From an uncultured Candidatus Entotheonella sp. (GTDB lineage Bacteria; Tectomicrobia; Entotheonellia; Entotheonellales; Entotheonellaceae), in NCBI GenBank assembly GCA_965217185.1, contig OZ244252.1, positions 704,001-768,000 on the forward strand: a stretch of 64,000 nt of DNA, given 5' to 3'. The stretch's first letter is position 1, and the number at the start of each line of letters is the position of its first letter. The notes beneath the pieces were generated by a model that saw only the letters and a program-made list of their open reading frames with translations, did no database searches and was not told the origin of the DNA. The position numbers and the translations under genes are program-made. Of this stretch, positions 37,500 to 48,993 are shown one piece after another.

Positions 37500-37602
37500 A
37501 TCTTCAATGACCGAGGAGACTATCGCACTCCTCAAGGAACGCCGCGCCGCAGTGATCGCGGCGGCGGTAACTGGCCGGATCGACATGAAGGAAAAGGAAT
37601 GA
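35902..37602 (+). CDS. hsdS: Type I R-M specificity subunit with three identical TRD copies (middle one 5'-truncated)
   Basis: IIIGRKGSYG, VP..EQ.AIANYLDRETARLD, LLKERRAAVIAAAVTG.ID; internal tandem repeats. Confidence 0.9.
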   Translation: MMWPRAKLKFVARLGYGDALPSDEPLEGAFRVFGSNGPFASLSRANTRKPAIIIGRKGSYGKVNWTAEPCFASDTTFFVDESTSRNHLRWVYWLLQTLRLDEGTDEAAVPGLNRETAYNREVLVPTLSEQCAIANYLDRETARLDTLVTAKEHLLDLIAEKRRALITRAVTRGVGAMGWQSLQTHPDPAARGNERGIEEGGGEDHAVSAGRRDVAAGEAERKPAIIIGRKGSYGKVNWTAEPCFASDTTFFVDESTSRNHLRWVYWLLQTLRLDEGTDEAAVPGLNRETAYNREVLVPTLSEQCAIANYLDRETARLDTLVTAKEHLLDLIAEKRRALITRAVTRGVGAMGWQSLQTHPDPAARGNERGIEEGGGEDHAVSAGGDGVMWPRAKLKFVARLGYGDALPSDEPLEGAFRVFGSNGPFASLSRANTRKPAIIIGRKGSYGKVNWTAEPCFASDTTFFVDESTSRNHLRWVYWLLQTLRLDEGTDEAAVPGLNRETAYNREVLVPTLSEQCAIANYLDRETARLDTLSSMTEETIALLKERRAAVIAAAVTGRIDMKEKE

Positions 37603-38852
37603 GAGTTACGGCCCTAAAACTTGCCAACCTCCGCACGATTGAGGCCTCTGAGTTTCGATTCGGATCGAAATTCAATCTGATTGTTGGCGTGAACGGCGTT
37701 GGCAAGACGTCCGTGCTGAACGCGCTGGGCGTGTGCCTCTCGGCGTACATGAAGCAGGCGAACCAGATGCGCCGACAGACTGAAGCCTTCACTCTTGATG
37801 ACATCCGAATTGGCGCTGATGCGTTGAGCGTCGAATGCGATGCGTTGATCGGCCCTACGACGTATCGCTACTTGATCCACAAGCCGCGCGAGACGAGTGT
37901 CCCGCAGAAGAAGGCAGGCATGCCGCGTGAGCAGGTCCACGATACGCCCGAGAGAGCGTCGTTCCTGGGGGACCTCCCGCCGTTGGCTACGGGTGGCGAA
38001 CCGGGCGGACGGCCGCTCGCGGTAATGTTCTCCACCAACCGGGCCGTCCCGTCGGAGCGGACGCCAGGCAAGGGCATGGCTGCCGGTGGCACGACGGCGG
38101 CTTTTGCGGATGCGTTTGCCAGTCGGGAGTTGCGGCTTGGCGAATTCGCGCATTGGATGCGGGCACAGGAGACCCTGCGATCGGAACGTGCTGACGCGGC
38201 TAAGGCGCTGGAGGGGTTCGAGGCCGCGGTGTACCGGTTTCTCCCGGAATACCGGAATCTGCGAGTGGACAACAATGAGGGACGGCCGCAACTGTTGATT
38301 GACCGCGGCGACAGCACCGTGACCGTGCGGCAAATGTCGGATGGCGAACGCGGCACGCTGGCTCTGGTATTCGATCTGACACGCCGTCTCGTGCAAGCCA
38401 ACCCGGAGATGAGCAATCCTGTTGATGAAGCCGAAGCTGTGGTGCTGATCGACGAAATCGACCTGCACCTGCACCCCACGTGGCAGCGGCAGATCGTCCG
38501 CAAACTTACGACCACCTTCCCGCGCTGCCAGTTCATCGCTACGACCCATTCGCCGCAGATCATCGGTGAGGTTGAGCACGACCGTATCCATATCATGGCC
38601 AACGGCGAGGTCTACTCGCCCACCCACTCGTTCGGGGTGGATGCGAGTCGGGTACTCGAAGAGGTCATGGAGGTGGATCCGCGCACCGAGGAAGTACAGG
38701 ATTTGCTCACGGCGGTGTCCAACGACATCGGCAAGCAGCGTTACGATGCTGCCCGAGAATTGCTGGCCCAACTTGTCGCCCTGCTCGGCGAGAACGATCC
38801 CGAAGTCACTCGGACAGCGATACTTCTCGACTTCTTGGAGGGTGAGGAGTGA
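37599..38852 (+). CDS. ABC/AAA_21-type ATPase, Septu/retron PtuA-like
   Basis: GVNGVGKT, QMSDGER, LIDEIDLHLHPTWQ, FIATTHSPQII. Confidence 0.85.
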   Translation: MRVTALKLANLRTIEASEFRFGSKFNLIVGVNGVGKTSVLNALGVCLSAYMKQANQMRRQTEAFTLDDIRIGADALSVECDALIGPTTYRYLIHKPRETSVPQKKAGMPREQVHDTPERASFLGDLPPLATGGEPGGRPLAVMFSTNRAVPSERTPGKGMAAGGTTAAFADAFASRELRLGEFAHWMRAQETLRSERADAAKALEGFEAAVYRFLPEYRNLRVDNNEGRPQLLIDRGDSTVTVRQMSDGERGTLALVFDLTRRLVQANPEMSNPVDEAEAVVLIDEIDLHLHPTWQRQIVRKLTTTFPRCQFIATTHSPQIIGEVEHDRIHIMANGEVYSPTHSFGVDASRVLEEVMEVDPRTEEVQDLLTAVSNDIGKQRYDAARELLAQLVALLGENDPEVTRTAILLDFLEGEE

Positions 38853-39502
38853 GGGTAATTACGAAGAGTCCCGAACCGCTCAGCCTGACAAGACATCGCG
38901 CGGCGGCGCACAGCGACTTCGGCAACTACACGGCCAAGGACGATCTGCGGCAGGCGCTCGTGACCGAGCAGCGCGGGCTGTGCTGCTACTGCATGGGCCG
39001 TATTCGCCCCGAACCCGCGTCCATGAAGATTGAGCACTGGCGATGCCAAGCCCATTATCTCGACGAGCAACTCAACTACCGCAACCTTCTCGGCGTCTGC
39101 CTCGGCGGCGATGGGCAGCCGACTCGACGCCAGCACTGCGATACGAGAAAGGGGGACCGGGACCTTCGGTGGAACCCCGCCGATCCGTTGCATCGCATCG
39201 AGACCCGCGTTCGTTACGAACCTAATGGCTCGATCCGAGCGACGGACGATGCGGATTTCGATGCCCAGCTCGAAACCGTCTTAAATCTCAATCTCCCTGT
39301 CCTGAAGAGCAATCGGAGGAGCGTTCTCGATGCCGTTCTCGGCTGGTGGAGGCATGAGAAAGCTCGAATTCGCGGCCCCGTACCGCGTAGCCGCTTCATT
39401 CAAAAGCGAGCCGCGTATGTTCGGGACAACGGACAACTCCAGCCGTACTGCCAGGTTGCCGTGTGGTGGCTGGAGCAACGGCTGGCGAACATGGCAGCAT
39501 GA
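38849..39502 (+). CDS. HNH endonuclease, PtuB/TIGR02646-like
   Basis: L..EQRGLCCYC..RI, IEHW, L.Y.NLL..C, HCDT.KG, LNLN; GTGA overlap with the ATPase. Confidence 0.85.
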   Translation: MRVITKSPEPLSLTRHRAAAHSDFGNYTAKDDLRQALVTEQRGLCCYCMGRIRPEPASMKIEHWRCQAHYLDEQLNYRNLLGVCLGGDGQPTRRQHCDTRKGDRDLRWNPADPLHRIETRVRYEPNGSIRATDDADFDAQLETVLNLNLPVLKSNRRSVLDAVLGWWRHEKARIRGPVPRSRFIQKRAAYVRDNGQLQPYCQVAVWWLEQRLANMAA

Positions 39503-39543
39503 GTGAATTACGCAGTCGCAGTTGCTTTGCCGAGAAAGGAGGC

Positions 39544-39792
39544 ATGATGCGTATCGTCAACATGTGCGAAGCCAAGGCGCATCTCTCGCGTCTCGTCCGA
39601 GCGGCGGCCAATGGCGAACCGTTCATCATTGCGCGGGCGGGTAAGCCGGTGGTCAAGGTCGTGTCAGTGGAAGCCTCAGGGTTCGGAGTGACGCGCCGAA
39701 CCGGATTTCTGGCCGGCAAAATCTCCGTGCCGAAGGACTTTGACCGCATGGCTTCCGCCGAAATCACAGCCTTGTTCGGGACGGACGAATGA
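39544..39792 (+). CDS. Phd/YefM family antitoxin (orphan)
   Basis: [14 protein letters not shown]....[39 protein letters not shown]. Confidence 0.88.
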   Translation: MMRIVNMCEAKAHLSRLVRAAANGEPFIIARAGKPVVKVVSVEASGFGVTRRTGFLAGKISVPKDFDRMASAEITALFGTDE

Positions 39793-39817
39793 GCTTCCTT
39801 TGCGGGGAGATTCAAGG

Positions 39818-42800
39818 ATGCCAGCCATGAAGCATACGAGCGAAGCCGTCATCGAAGCCCACCTGCTGGAGAACGGGTACGTCTCGATAGCGGGGGACGG
39901 CTTCGACCGCGAGCGCGCCATTTTCCCCGATACGATTATCGCCTTCATCCGCGAAACGCAACCGCAGGCGTGGGGGAAGCTCGAAGCGCTGCACGGCAAC
40001 AGGACTGGCGAGCAGATTCTGACTGATCTTTGCAAGTGGCTAGACGCCAACGGCGCGCTCGCCACCTTGCGCCACGGCTTCAAGTGCTACGGGCGAACGC
40101 TGCGCGCCGCGTACTTCAAGGCGGCGCACGAGTTGAATCCCGAGCTTGAATCCCGCTACGCGGCCAATCGTCTGGGGCTGACCCGCCAACTCCACTTTTC
40201 GCCACGCTCCGCCCAGAAGTCGCTGGACGTCACGCTGAGTCTGAACGGCATTCCCGTCGTGACGCTGGAACTGAAGAACCCGCTCACCGGCCAGCGGGTG
40301 GAGGATGCGGTGCGCCAGCATCAGCAGGACCGCGACCCGCGCGAGCCGATCTTCCTGTTCAAGCGCCGCACGCTGGTGCATTTTGCGGTGGATACCGAAT
40401 CGGTACGCATGACCACGCGCTTGGCCGGCCGGGCGACGCACTTTCTGTCCTTCGACAAGGGTTGCAATGGAGCCGCCGGGAATCCGCCCGATCCGGCGGG
40501 CCGTACCTACCGCACCGCATACCTGTGGGAAGAGGTGCTGCAGCGCGACAGCTTGCTCGGCATCCTCGCCCGCTTCATTCACTTGCAGATTGAAGAGAAG
40601 CGCGACGACCACGGCCGCAAGGTCAGGGCCGAGTCGATGATCTTCCCCCGCTACCATCAGCTTGAGGCGGTGCGCACCCTGGTGGACGCCGCGCGCCGCG
40701 AGGGCGTGGGCAACAATTACCTCATCGAGCATTCGGCGGGGAGCGGCAAGAGCAACACAATCGGTTGGCTGGCGCATCGTCTCGTGTCCCTGCACGACGT
40801 TGACAACGAGCGCGTCTTCGATAGCGTGATCGTCGTGACGGATCGTGTCGTGTTGGACCAGCAGATCCAGGACACGATCTACCAGTTTGAACACAAGCGC
40901 GGTGTCGTACAGCGGATCGACGAAAACTCGCGACAACTCGCCGAAGCACTTGAGAATGCGGTGCCGGTGATCATTACCACCCTGCAAAAATTCCCGTTTG
41001 TCTCGCGTCAGTTGCTCAAGATGGCCGAGGAGCGCGGGACCATCGGAACGGGAACGCTGGCCACCCGGCGCTGCGCCGTGATCGTCGACGAAGCCCACAG
41101 TTCCCAAGGGGGCGAGACGGCGACCGACCTGAAGGAAGTGCTCGGTGGCGAGGCGTTGCGCGAAGCGGCCAGGAAGCGGGCGGCGGAAGAAGGTCAGGAG
41201 GGCATGGAGGAGTTGTTTCGCAGCATGGCCAAGCGTGGCAAACAGGCGAACCTGAGCTTCTTCGCCTTCACCGCCACGCCCAAGCACAAAACGCTAGCCG
41301 TGTTTGGCCGCGACGGGCGGCCCGTGCACCGCTACACCATGCGCCAAGCGATCGAGGAAGGGTTCATCCTCGATGTGCTGGAGTACTACACGACCTACAG
41401 GACGTATTTCAGCCTGCTCAAGGCGTGCGACGACGACCCCAACGTCGAGCGCAAGAAGGCGGCACAAGCGCTGGCGCGGTTCATGAGGCTGCACCCGCAC
41501 AACGTTGCGCAGAAAACCGAGGTGATGGTCGAGCATTTCCAGGCGGTCACCCGGCACAAGATCGGCGGCCGGGCCAAGGCAATGGTGGTGACGGGGTCGC
41601 GCCTCGAAGCGGTGCGTTACAAGCAGAGCTTCGATCACTACATTCAGAAAAAGGGGTACGCCATCAAGTCGCTGGTGGCCTTTTCGGGCACGGTGGAAGA
41701 CGACAAGCTCGTCGGCGTTACCTATACCGAGCCGGGCATGAACCACGGCATCTCCGAGAAGGCGTTGCCGGAAACGTTCGCCACGCAGGAATATCAGGTG
41801 CTGCTGGTCGCAGAGAAGTATCAGACCGGGTTTGATCAGCCGCTCTTGCATACAATGTACGTGGACAAACGGCTGGCGGGTATTCAGGCGGTGCAGACGC
41901 TGTCACGGCTGAACCGGGTTCATCCACGCAAAGAAGACACCTTCGTACTCGACTTCGTCAACGATCGGGAGGAGATTCAGGAAGCCTTCAAGACCTATTA
42001 CGAAGGCGCCGAGATGGGCGAGGAAGTGGACCCCGCCCGCATGTACGCGATCAAGGGCGAGCTGGATGCTTCAGGCGTTTACCTGGACGAGGAGGTCGAG
42101 CGGTTCTGCGGTGTCTATTTTGCACCGAAGCAACGGCAGAGCGCTGCGGATCACCGCATCATGAATGCCGCCATCGATCCAGCCGTATCGCGTTTCGCCG
42201 CCCGCCGGGACGAAAACGAGGAGGCGGCGGAAGACTGGCGCGGCAAGCTTCAGGCGTTCTTGAACCTGTATGCGTTCCTGAGCCAGGTGATCCCGTACCA
42301 GGATTCGGATCTCGAGCGGCTGTACGTGTTCCTCCGCCACCTCGCGGCGAAGCTGCCGCGCCGCCAGAGCGGGCCGGCGTATCGGTTCGATGACGAGGTA
42401 CGGCTCGAATACTACCGTCTGCAAAAGATCAGCGAGGGGTCCATCGCGCTGCAAGACGGCGAGGCCCGTTTGCTCGACGGGCCAACGGAGGTTGGCAGCG
42501 GCATGGCGCGCCTACAGCCGGTGCCGCTCTCGCAACTCATCGACGCTTTGAACGAGCGATTCGGCACCGATTTCAACCAGGCGGATCAGCTTTTCTTCGA
42601 CCAGATCGTCGAGGCGGCGATGACCGACGACGGGGTGCGGCAGGCGGCGGCGGTCAACCCGGGCGACAAGTTTGAGTTGGTGTTCAAGGGGTTACTCGAG
42701 AATCTGTTCGTCGAGCGCATGGACCAGAATGAGGGCATTTTCATGCGTTTCATGAACGATGAGTCCTTTCAAAACACCGTGACGGAATGGATGTCATCGG

Positions 42801-43366
42801 AAGCGTACCGACGCCTGAAGAGCGACGACGCTAGCCGGGAGTCGGAGCAGGCGGAACCCGGCGCGCTGCCGCCGCGCCTGCGGATCGTCGAGCCCCAGCC
42901 GGAGGAGCGCTACGTGACCTGTGTGCCTCTTGTGCCTCTCAAAGCCGCCGCGGGCGCATTCAGCGACCCCCAGCATGTTGACGACGATGACTTTGTGTGG
43001 GTAGCGGTCGAGACCGCGCGCCGCCTGCGCCGCGGCATGTTCGTTGCCCAGGTGGTCGGCAAGTCCATGGAGCCACGCATTCCTGATGGCGCATATTGCC
43101 TCTTTGGCGCGCCTGTAGAGGGCACGCGCCAAGGGAAGACGGTGCTCGTGCAGATGCGCGACGCCACCGACCCGGAAAGCGGCCAGCGGTACACCGTCAA
43201 GCGTTACCAGAGCGAGAAGGCGAGCGACGGGGACTCTTGGCACCATACGAAGATTACACTCAGACCGCTCAACAGAGACTTCGTGCCAATCGTTTTCACC
43301 GTCGCGGAGGAAGGACAACTGCAGGTCGTCGCTGAGGTCGTCGAAGTTCTGGGCGGAGAAACGTGA
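39818..43366 (+). CDS. hsdR: Type I R-M restriction subunit with C-terminal S24 (LexA/UmuD-like) peptidase domain
   Basis: [48 protein letters not shown]-terminal VPL..LKAAAG...[11 protein letters not shown]...YTVKRY. Confidence 0.93.
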   Translation: MPAMKHTSEAVIEAHLLENGYVSIAGDGFDRERAIFPDTIIAFIRETQPQAWGKLEALHGNRTGEQILTDLCKWLDANGALATLRHGFKCYGRTLRAAYFKAAHELNPELESRYAANRLGLTRQLHFSPRSAQKSLDVTLSLNGIPVVTLELKNPLTGQRVEDAVRQHQQDRDPREPIFLFKRRTLVHFAVDTESVRMTTRLAGRATHFLSFDKGCNGAAGNPPDPAGRTYRTAYLWEEVLQRDSLLGILARFIHLQIEEKRDDHGRKVRAESMIFPRYHQLEAVRTLVDAARREGVGNNYLIEHSAGSGKSNTIGWLAHRLVSLHDVDNERVFDSVIVVTDRVVLDQQIQDTIYQFEHKRGVVQRIDENSRQLAEALENAVPVIITTLQKFPFVSRQLLKMAEERGTIGTGTLATRRCAVIVDEAHSSQGGETATDLKEVLGGEALREAARKRAAEEGQEGMEELFRSMAKRGKQANLSFFAFTATPKHKTLAVFGRDGRPVHRYTMRQAIEEGFILDVLEYYTTYRTYFSLLKACDDDPNVERKKAAQALARFMRLHPHNVAQKTEVMVEHFQAVTRHKIGGRAKAMVVTGSRLEAVRYKQSFDHYIQKKGYAIKSLVAFSGTVEDDKLVGVTYTEPGMNHGISEKALPETFATQEYQVLLVAEKYQTGFDQPLLHTMYVDKRLAGIQAVQTLSRLNRVHPRKEDTFVLDFVNDREEIQEAFKTYYEGAEMGEEVDPARMYAIKGELDASGVYLDEEVERFCGVYFAPKQRQSAADHRIMNAAIDPAVSRFAARRDENEEAAEDWRGKLQAFLNLYAFLSQVIPYQDSDLERLYVFLRHLAAKLPRRQSGPAYRFDDEVRLEYYRLQKISEGSIALQDGEARLLDGPTEVGSGMARLQPVPLSQLIDALNERFGTDFNQADQLFFDQIVEAAMTDDGVRQAAAVNPGDKFELVFKGLLENLFVERMDQNEGIFMRFMNDESFQNTVTEWMSSEAYRRLKSDDASRESEQAEPGALPPRLRIVEPQPEERYVTCVPLVPLKAAAGAFSDPQHVDDDDFVWVAVETARRLRRGMFVAQVVGKSMEPRIPDGAYCLFGAPVEGTRQGKTVLVQMRDATDPESGQRYTVKRYQSEKASDGDSWHHTKITLRPLNRDFVPIVFTVAEEGQLQVVAEVVEVLGGET

Positions 43367-43440
43367 GGCCGGTCAGGCGTTCGCTTTCGAGGTTTCTACG
43401 TCCATCGTGACCTCGGCAGATACCCATGGAGTGAGCATAA

Positions 43441-45414
43441 ATGGTTACACATATTGGCGTTGATACCGGTGGAACGTTCAGCGATTTCATCCGCATCGAG
43501 GACGGCGCACCGGTAATTCATAAAGTCCTGTCGACACCGGACAACCCGGCACAGGCGGTGCTGGAGGGGCTGGGGCACCTTTGCCCCGATCTCGTCGGGG
43601 CGGAGGTGGTGCACGGCTCGACCGTGGCGACCAATACGTTGTTGGAGCGCAAGGGCGCCCGCACGGCGTTGGTGGCGACGCGGGGATTCGAGGACGTGTT
43701 GGAGATTGGGCGTCAGACGCGCCCGCACCTGTATGACCCGTTCGTGGAAAAGCTGCCGCCGCTGGTGCCAGCGCGCATGCGGTTCGGCATTGCTGAACGC
43801 TTGGCCTACGACGGCGAGGTGTTGGAACCCCTGGCGCCGTTGGAAATCGAGCGAATTGTGGAGCGCGTGCGGCGTTCCGGGGCGCAATCGCTGGCCGTCT
43901 GCCTGTTGCACGCCTATGCCAACCCGGTGCACGAGGCGGCCGTCGCGCAGGCGGCGCAGCGGCTCGGCATCCCCGTGTCGGTGTCGCATCAGGTGCTGCC
44001 GGAGTTTCGCGAATACGAGCGCTGCAGTACTACGGTGGTGAATGCCTATCTGCGCCCGGTGATGCAGCGTTACCTGCAGAGCCTGTCCGAGGCGCTGGAG
44101 GGCGCCAAGCTGCGGGTGATGCGCTCCAACGGCGGGGTGATGTCGGCGGCGCGGGCACACCAGGAGGCCGTGCACACTGTGCTGTCCGGCCCGGCGGGTG
44201 GCGTCGTGGGGGCGTTCCGCAGCGCCCGCGAAGTCGGCTATTCCCGTGTCATCACGTTCGACATGGGCGGCACCTCCACGGACGTGTCGCTGTGCGAGGA
44301 ACAGCCGCGCACGACTACCGAGACGATTGTGGCGGGCTGTCCGGTCAAGGTGCCGGTGCTGGACATCCACACGGTAGGGGCGGGCGGCGGCTCGCTGGCG
44401 ACCGTTGATCCGGGCGGCGCGCTACAGGTTGGCCCGCAGAGCGCGGGCGCTGATCCGGGTCCGGTGTGCTACGGCAAGGGCATGGGGCTGACCGTTACCG
44501 ACGCCAACCTGTATCTGGGGCGCCTGCACCCGGAGGGATTCCTGGGCGGCAACATGCGGCTGGACGTGCCGCGCACCCGGGCGGCGGTGGCGGACTTCGC
44601 GGGGCGCACCGGCCTGAGCCCGGAGGTGCTGTGCCAAGGCATCCTGGAGGTGGTGAACGCCAATATGGAAGGCGCCATCCGCGTTATTTCGGTGGAGCGC
44701 GGCCATGACCCGCGCGAATTTGCCCTGGTGTCGTTCGGCGGCGCCGGCGGCATGCACGCGGCCGATCTGGCACGGCGGTTGGCCATCCCCACGGTGCTGG
44801 TGCCGGCGCATCCCGGCATTCTGTCGGCCTACGGCATGCTGGTGTCCGACTACGTGCAGGAATACGCTCAGACCTTGTTGGTCCCGATGGCGGAACTGAC
44901 GAGCGAGCGGGCGGAGGCGGCGTTCCGGGAGTTGGAGGCGCGCGGTAGGGAGACGATGCGGGAGGAGGGGGTGGCGCCGCAGGCCATCGAGATCAGCCGT
45001 TTCGTTGACATGTGCTACGTGGGCCAGTCGTTCGAGTTGGTGGTGCCGTGGAGCGACCATTGTAGCGAGGAGTTTCACCGCCGGCACGAAAGCCGCTACG
45101 GCTATGCCGACAGCACGCGGGCGACGCAGATCGTCAACGTGCGCATCCGGGTGGTGGGGCCGGCCGGGGTGGCGCATCGCCCACTGCGGGTGTCGGACGG
45201 CAACGGCGGTGGTGACGCGCACGTCGACACGGTGCCCATGTGGGGCGAGAGGGGCTGGCTGCAAACGCCGGTTTACGACCGCCAACGCCTGCAGTCCGGT
45301 CAGCACTTGCCCGGCCCGGCGCTGATTACCGAATACAGCGCGACCACTGTGGTGCCGGATGATTTCACGGCGCGTATCGACGATTACTACAACTTGGTGC
45401 TGCAGCGGCGCTGA
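43441..45414 (+). CDS. Hydantoinase A/oxoprolinase subunit (second copy)
   Basis: GVDTGGTFSD, HGSTVATN, SGPAGG, DMGGTSTD, GAGGGS. Confidence 0.93.
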   Translation: MVTHIGVDTGGTFSDFIRIEDGAPVIHKVLSTPDNPAQAVLEGLGHLCPDLVGAEVVHGSTVATNTLLERKGARTALVATRGFEDVLEIGRQTRPHLYDPFVEKLPPLVPARMRFGIAERLAYDGEVLEPLAPLEIERIVERVRRSGAQSLAVCLLHAYANPVHEAAVAQAAQRLGIPVSVSHQVLPEFREYERCSTTVVNAYLRPVMQRYLQSLSEALEGAKLRVMRSNGGVMSAARAHQEAVHTVLSGPAGGVVGAFRSAREVGYSRVITFDMGGTSTDVSLCEEQPRTTTETIVAGCPVKVPVLDIHTVGAGGGSLATVDPGGALQVGPQSAGADPGPVCYGKGMGLTVTDANLYLGRLHPEGFLGGNMRLDVPRTRAAVADFAGRTGLSPEVLCQGILEVVNANMEGAIRVISVERGHDPREFALVSFGGAGGMHAADLARRLAIPTVLVPAHPGILSAYGMLVSDYVQEYAQTLLVPMAELTSERAEAAFRELEARGRETMREEGVAPQAIEISRFVDMCYVGQSFELVVPWSDHCSEEFHRRHESRYGYADSTRATQIVNVRIRVVGPAGVAHRPLRVSDGNGGGDAHVDTVPMWGERGWLQTPVYDRQRLQSGQHLPGPALITEYSATTVVPDDFTARIDDYYNLVLQRR

Positions 45415-45439
45415 CGCAGCCCGTCCTACGGAGGCACGA

Positions 45440-46989
<1,550 letters not shown>

Positions 46990-47014
<25 letters not shown>

Positions 47015-47943
47015 ATCGGCAACGGCATGAAGCACAAGATGAAGATGACAAGGGCGAGGCAGGCGACGGCCCGGCTGTGGAGGTCGAGCGTTGTGTAGGG
47101 GTCTATAACTGTCGGGTGGCGGCGGCTGACGAATAAGCCGATCAAGGCCCAGATCCACCAGCCTTCCCACATCAAAAAGCCCATGGCCACGAGCGCGGTA
47201 ACGAGCGCCCAGGTGACGTAACGGGCGCGCCTGCCCACCAGGGCGTAGACAATGTGTCCACCGTCGAGCTGGCCCATGGGGAGCAGGTTGAACATCGTCA
47301 CCAGGATGCCGAACCAGGCGGCCACGCCGACACTGTTGAGGCTCAGCGTGGTCTCCGGCGGCAGCGAGCCGACCACGGCTTGGCTGATCATCTGCAGCAA
47401 CAGTGGTTCTCCCAGCCTGAACCCAAATCCCACCTGCGAATTCATCACCACTTCGGAAGTCGCATAGCCGTAGAGCATGGCGGGCAGCGCCACGCAAAAA
47501 CCGGCGATGGGTCCGGCGGCGGCGACGTAGAGCAAGGCGCGCCGGTTGAGCGGCGGCGATTTCATGCGGATGAAGGCGCCGAAGGTGCCCACTGGCGGAA
47601 TCGGCGAGGGGATGAAGTACGGCAAGGTCACGTCCATGCCGTAGTAGCGGGCCGTCAGGTAATGCCCCATTTCATGGCACAGGAGGATAGCCATGAGCGT
47701 GGCGGCGTAGGGCAGGCCGCGGTAGAAGAGGTCGGGACGCGCTAGCGGGTTGATGCCCTCCCACACCATGCCTGCCGCGACGGTCGTGACCAGGGTGGCG
47801 AGAAACAGCAGCGAGTGCAGGACGTAGGACCGACGGACGGGTGCCGCTGCGGCCGTGGTGGGGATGGCCGCCCATTCGGGTGCCGGAGCGTTCCAGGTCG
47901 GGCCAAGGGGTCGTGGCCATTGGGGAGAATGAAAGGGGCGCAT
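46990..47943 (-). CDS. Site-2 protease (M50)
   Basis: HEMGH, NLLP.GQLDGGH, multiple TM segments. Confidence 0.93.
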
Positions 47944-47975
47944 GCGGGTACCTTCCGCGACGGATCGGCCGGCGC

Positions 47976-48926
47976 TTACGACGTCGGGACGGGGGCGTTA
48001 CGGCCCTCGAAACAGGGCATGATCTCTTGCGCGTAGAAGGCCAGTTGCCGAATGATCTGGTCGGGCGGGCAGGCCGGCCACAGGGCGTACTTGGTCAAAC
48101 CGTGTTCGCAATACCGCTGCAGGATTTCGCGGCATTCATCGGGCGTTCCCACGGCGCTGCGTTCGAGCATCATTTCCGGCGGCCGGCGAAGGTTGCCGGC
48201 AAAAAAGGCGGCGAAGTCCCGCCGGGCCTTGTCGCCATCCAAGTCAACGTGGCAAAAGACAATGCTGCCGGACTCGATGTCCTCGGGCTGCCGTCCGTTT
48301 TCCTGCGCAAAAGCGCCGATCTTTTCGATGCCTTCGGCGAATTCCTGCGGTGTGACGAAGGAGGCGAACCAGCCGTCGCCGACGCGCGCCACGCGTTTGA
48401 GCGCGGCGTCGCTGCGCCCGCCGATCCAGATGTCGATTTTCTGTGGTGGGCGCGGGGTAATGGTCACGTGATCAAACTGGTAATACTTGCCGTGGTGAGT
48501 GACGTCAGTTTCCTGCCATAGACGGCGCAGGATGGCGATGCTTTCGTCGGTCATGCCGCCGCGTGACTTGAGCGGCACCTTGAACGCCTCGGCTTCCTGC
48601 TTGTCGGCACCGAGTCCGGCGGCCATGATCACGCGGCCATTCGACAGGTAGGCCAGCGTCGCCATCTCTCGAGCCACCGCGATGGGGTGGCGGAGGGGCA
48701 TCATCATGACGCTGGGGCCGAATTTAAGGCGCTGGGTGCGAGCCGCAATCGCCGCCATCATGGGAACGATGGCCACCTCTTCGCGGTTTCCCATCATGTG
48801 GTCGCTGAGCCAGACGGAATCGACGCCCCAAGCTTCAGCTTTGTCGATGTACTCGAACAGCGTTGCGGCGTCCGGCATGCCCTGGTGCCACAGGCCCAAG
48901 CCAATGCCCATCTTGATGCTTGCCAT
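47976..48926 (-). CDS. LLM-class flavin-dependent oxidoreductase
   Basis: DSVWLSDH, AA.T.RL, P.RHP, SNGR, IWIGG, RVAR.GDGW; start ATG 48926. Confidence 0.92.
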   Translation of the reverse strand: MASIKMGIGLGLWHQGMPDAATLFEYIDKAEAWGVDSVWLSDHMMGNREEVAIVPMMAAIAARTQRLKFGPSVMMMPLRHPIAVAREMATLAYLSNGRVIMAAGLGADKQEAEAFKVPLKSRGGMTDESIAILRRLWQETDVTHHGKYYQFDHVTITPRPPQKIDIWIGGRSDAALKRVARVGDGWFASFVTPQEFAEGIEKIGAFAQENGRQPEDIESGSIVFCHVDLDGDKARRDFAAFFAGNLRRPPEMMLERSAVGTPDECREILQRYCEHGLTKYALWPACPPDQIIRQLAFYAQEIMPCFEGRNAPVPTS

Positions 48927-48993
48927 GCAGTCCTCCTGAAAAGGCAGCCATTGTAGCGGGTTGGCCGGGGTGTCGCAAACGGTGCCGGGCTGT

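Noticed and set aside
37599..39502. Complete retron (Ec78-like)
   Set aside because: No reverse transcriptase ORF and no intergenic room for msr-msd
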